Origin: Fistulifera solaris
Taxonomy: Eukaryota
DNA length: 64,000 nucleotides
Direction of reading: 5' to 3'
NCBI GenBank assembly: GCA_030295235.1
Contig: AP026136.1
Coordinates: 744,001-808,000 of the forward strand
The translations under genes and the position numbers were made by a program. Positions within the stretch are counted from its first letter, which is position 1, and each line of letters begins with the position of its first letter. The notes beneath the pieces are model-generated. The model was not told where the DNA came from and did not search any database. It was given only the letters and a program-made list of their open reading frames with translations. Of the stretch, positions 62,819 to 64,000 are shown one piece after another.

Positions 62819-64000
62819 TTAGATTCCATCTTCACTAGTTCCGGTAATCGGGTAAGCTACAGCAGAATGTAGCGGGGGATCCGACGCGTGGAAAGGGCCT
62901 GGCTGTGAAATCGAAATCGGCAATTCGTACCCGTTTCTTCGGAGCGACAACTGAACATAAGAAGACAAGGTTCCTGGCCGAGTTGGAATACCTACAAGGT
63001 CCAATTCCGCGTTTTCGGGGAGCGGCCCTTCCGTTCTGCCACTAATGATCCAGTCGCTTGCATCACTGGTAACTTTATAACATACTTCTTGTCCACTTAA
63101 TCCGGAAGCATCAACATTGCACTTGATGTGCACAGGGCGACCAACTGTACCTTGTATAGCCGAGGGCATTAAGTTGACTGAAACCGGTGGCATCTCAGCT
63201 AAGGGTAACGGCATCTTTGGACAAGCTTGGCGAAGTATATGGGATTCTTCGAAAGCTACTCCCTCCTCATTATCAAAGACCAGTACAACCGTAGCTTTCA
63301 CGGTATTCGGCACATCCCCAGTCACGCGACATTCAAAGTTCAGCATGATCGTTTCACCGCAGCATACATCTGTATTGGCCAAGGTTTCGTTTAAATCCGC
63401 AGTAAGTTTGAGATAAGCAGGTAACTCAATTTTCCATTTTCTGACCAAAAACGATTTTGGAGCATGACACTCGAAAGCAGCATGAAGCACGAGCCGGTCC
63501 GATCTGTACGGGATAACAGTAACCTCCTCTATGACAAAGCCAGTCTGACCGAGTGCTGGAACCGCTATATCCAGCTGTGCCTCGAACTCTTCACCTTGAT
63601 CACGGCAAAATCGTGTGTTTGTTTGTACCTTCAACACACCACCACCACCGTTATCGGCGCATTGCACCCTAATTGGAATGGAAACGATGCTATCCGCTGA
63701 TGTAGAATCCAGATCGATCTCCAGAGCGGATAGCAATGTATCATCGTCTTGTTTCCCAACGAAAATGCCCGGGGATCCCACAAGCTGAGATTTGCCTTGT
63801 ATGATGGTGTCCTTTCCGCTGTTGAATTTCAGTAACAAATTCTGTGTGTGCCCAGGAATCAGGTAATCTGGTGCAATCGTTAGCGTTTGTGAATGCTCGC
63901 AAGGAATTACATCCACGCGAATGGTGGGTTGTTTTCTTTTCTTCGGATTATAAGTAAATATGATATTGTTCCAACTCATTGAGATGGTCGAAAGAATAAA
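62819..64000 (-). CDS. C-terminal part of a TRAPPC10/Trs130-like trafficking subunit (5' end outside the window)
   Basis: Long beta-rich ORF; the C-terminal 'YKVTSDASDWIISGRTEG...LVGIPTRPGTL' resembles the TRAPPC10 C-domain. Confidence 0.55.
   Translation of the reverse strand, partial: FILSTISMSWNNIIFTYNPKKRKQPTIRVDVIPCEHSQTLTIAPDYLIPGHTQNLLLKFNSGKDTIIQGKSQLVGSPGIFVGKQDDDTLLSALEIDLDSTSADSIVSIPIRVQCADNGGGGVLKVQTNTRFCRDQGEEFEAQLDIAVPALGQTGFVIEEVTVIPYRSDRLVLHAAFECHAPKSFLVRKWKIELPAYLKLTADLNETLANTDVCCGETIMLNFECRVTGDVPNTVKATVVLVFDNEEGVAFEESHILRQACPKMPLPLAEMPPVSVNLMPSAIQGTVGRPVHIKCNVDASGLSGQEVCYKVTSDASDWIISGRTEGPLPENAELDLVGIPTRPGTLSSYVQLSLRRNGYELPISISQPGPFHASDPPLHSAVAYPITGTSEDGI

Noticed and set aside
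1..64000. Mass pseudogenisation or programmed frameshifting
   Set aside because: Indels fall in diverse homopolymers in essential genes, with no shared slippery motif and no accompanying nonsense mutations; sequencing error is more parsimonious.

Overview
Gene-dense eukaryotic nuclear DNA, most consistent with a pennate diatom. This rests on short GT-AG introns (mostly 60-105 nt), bipartite plastid presequences with a signal-peptide/Phe junction (FtsH, RsmG, a PDZ protein), an HSF and a soluble-type adenylyl cyclase. About 30 protein-coding genes were reconstructed by joining ORF fragments across introns and across many 1-nt indels. Nearly all indels sit in homopolymer runs and also hit ribosomal protein S4, so they are most likely long-read assembly errors rather than pseudogenes. 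No rRNA, tRNA, CRISPR or transposon could be supported. The strongest lead is at 50.5-55.5 kb: two paralogous single-pass membrane proteins resembling silicalemma-associated proteins (shared Q-x-x-[DE]NPDG-x4-LCRW motif) flank a signal-peptide-bearing aminopropyltransferase and a CBS-less MgtE transporter, a candidate biosilicification/long-chain-polyamine cluster. A second lead is a 143-aa stand-alone divergent SET protein (possible BurB-like small-molecule methyltransferase) about 4.6 kb from a class III aminotransferase. All family assignments come from motif recognition by eye; no database searches were run.
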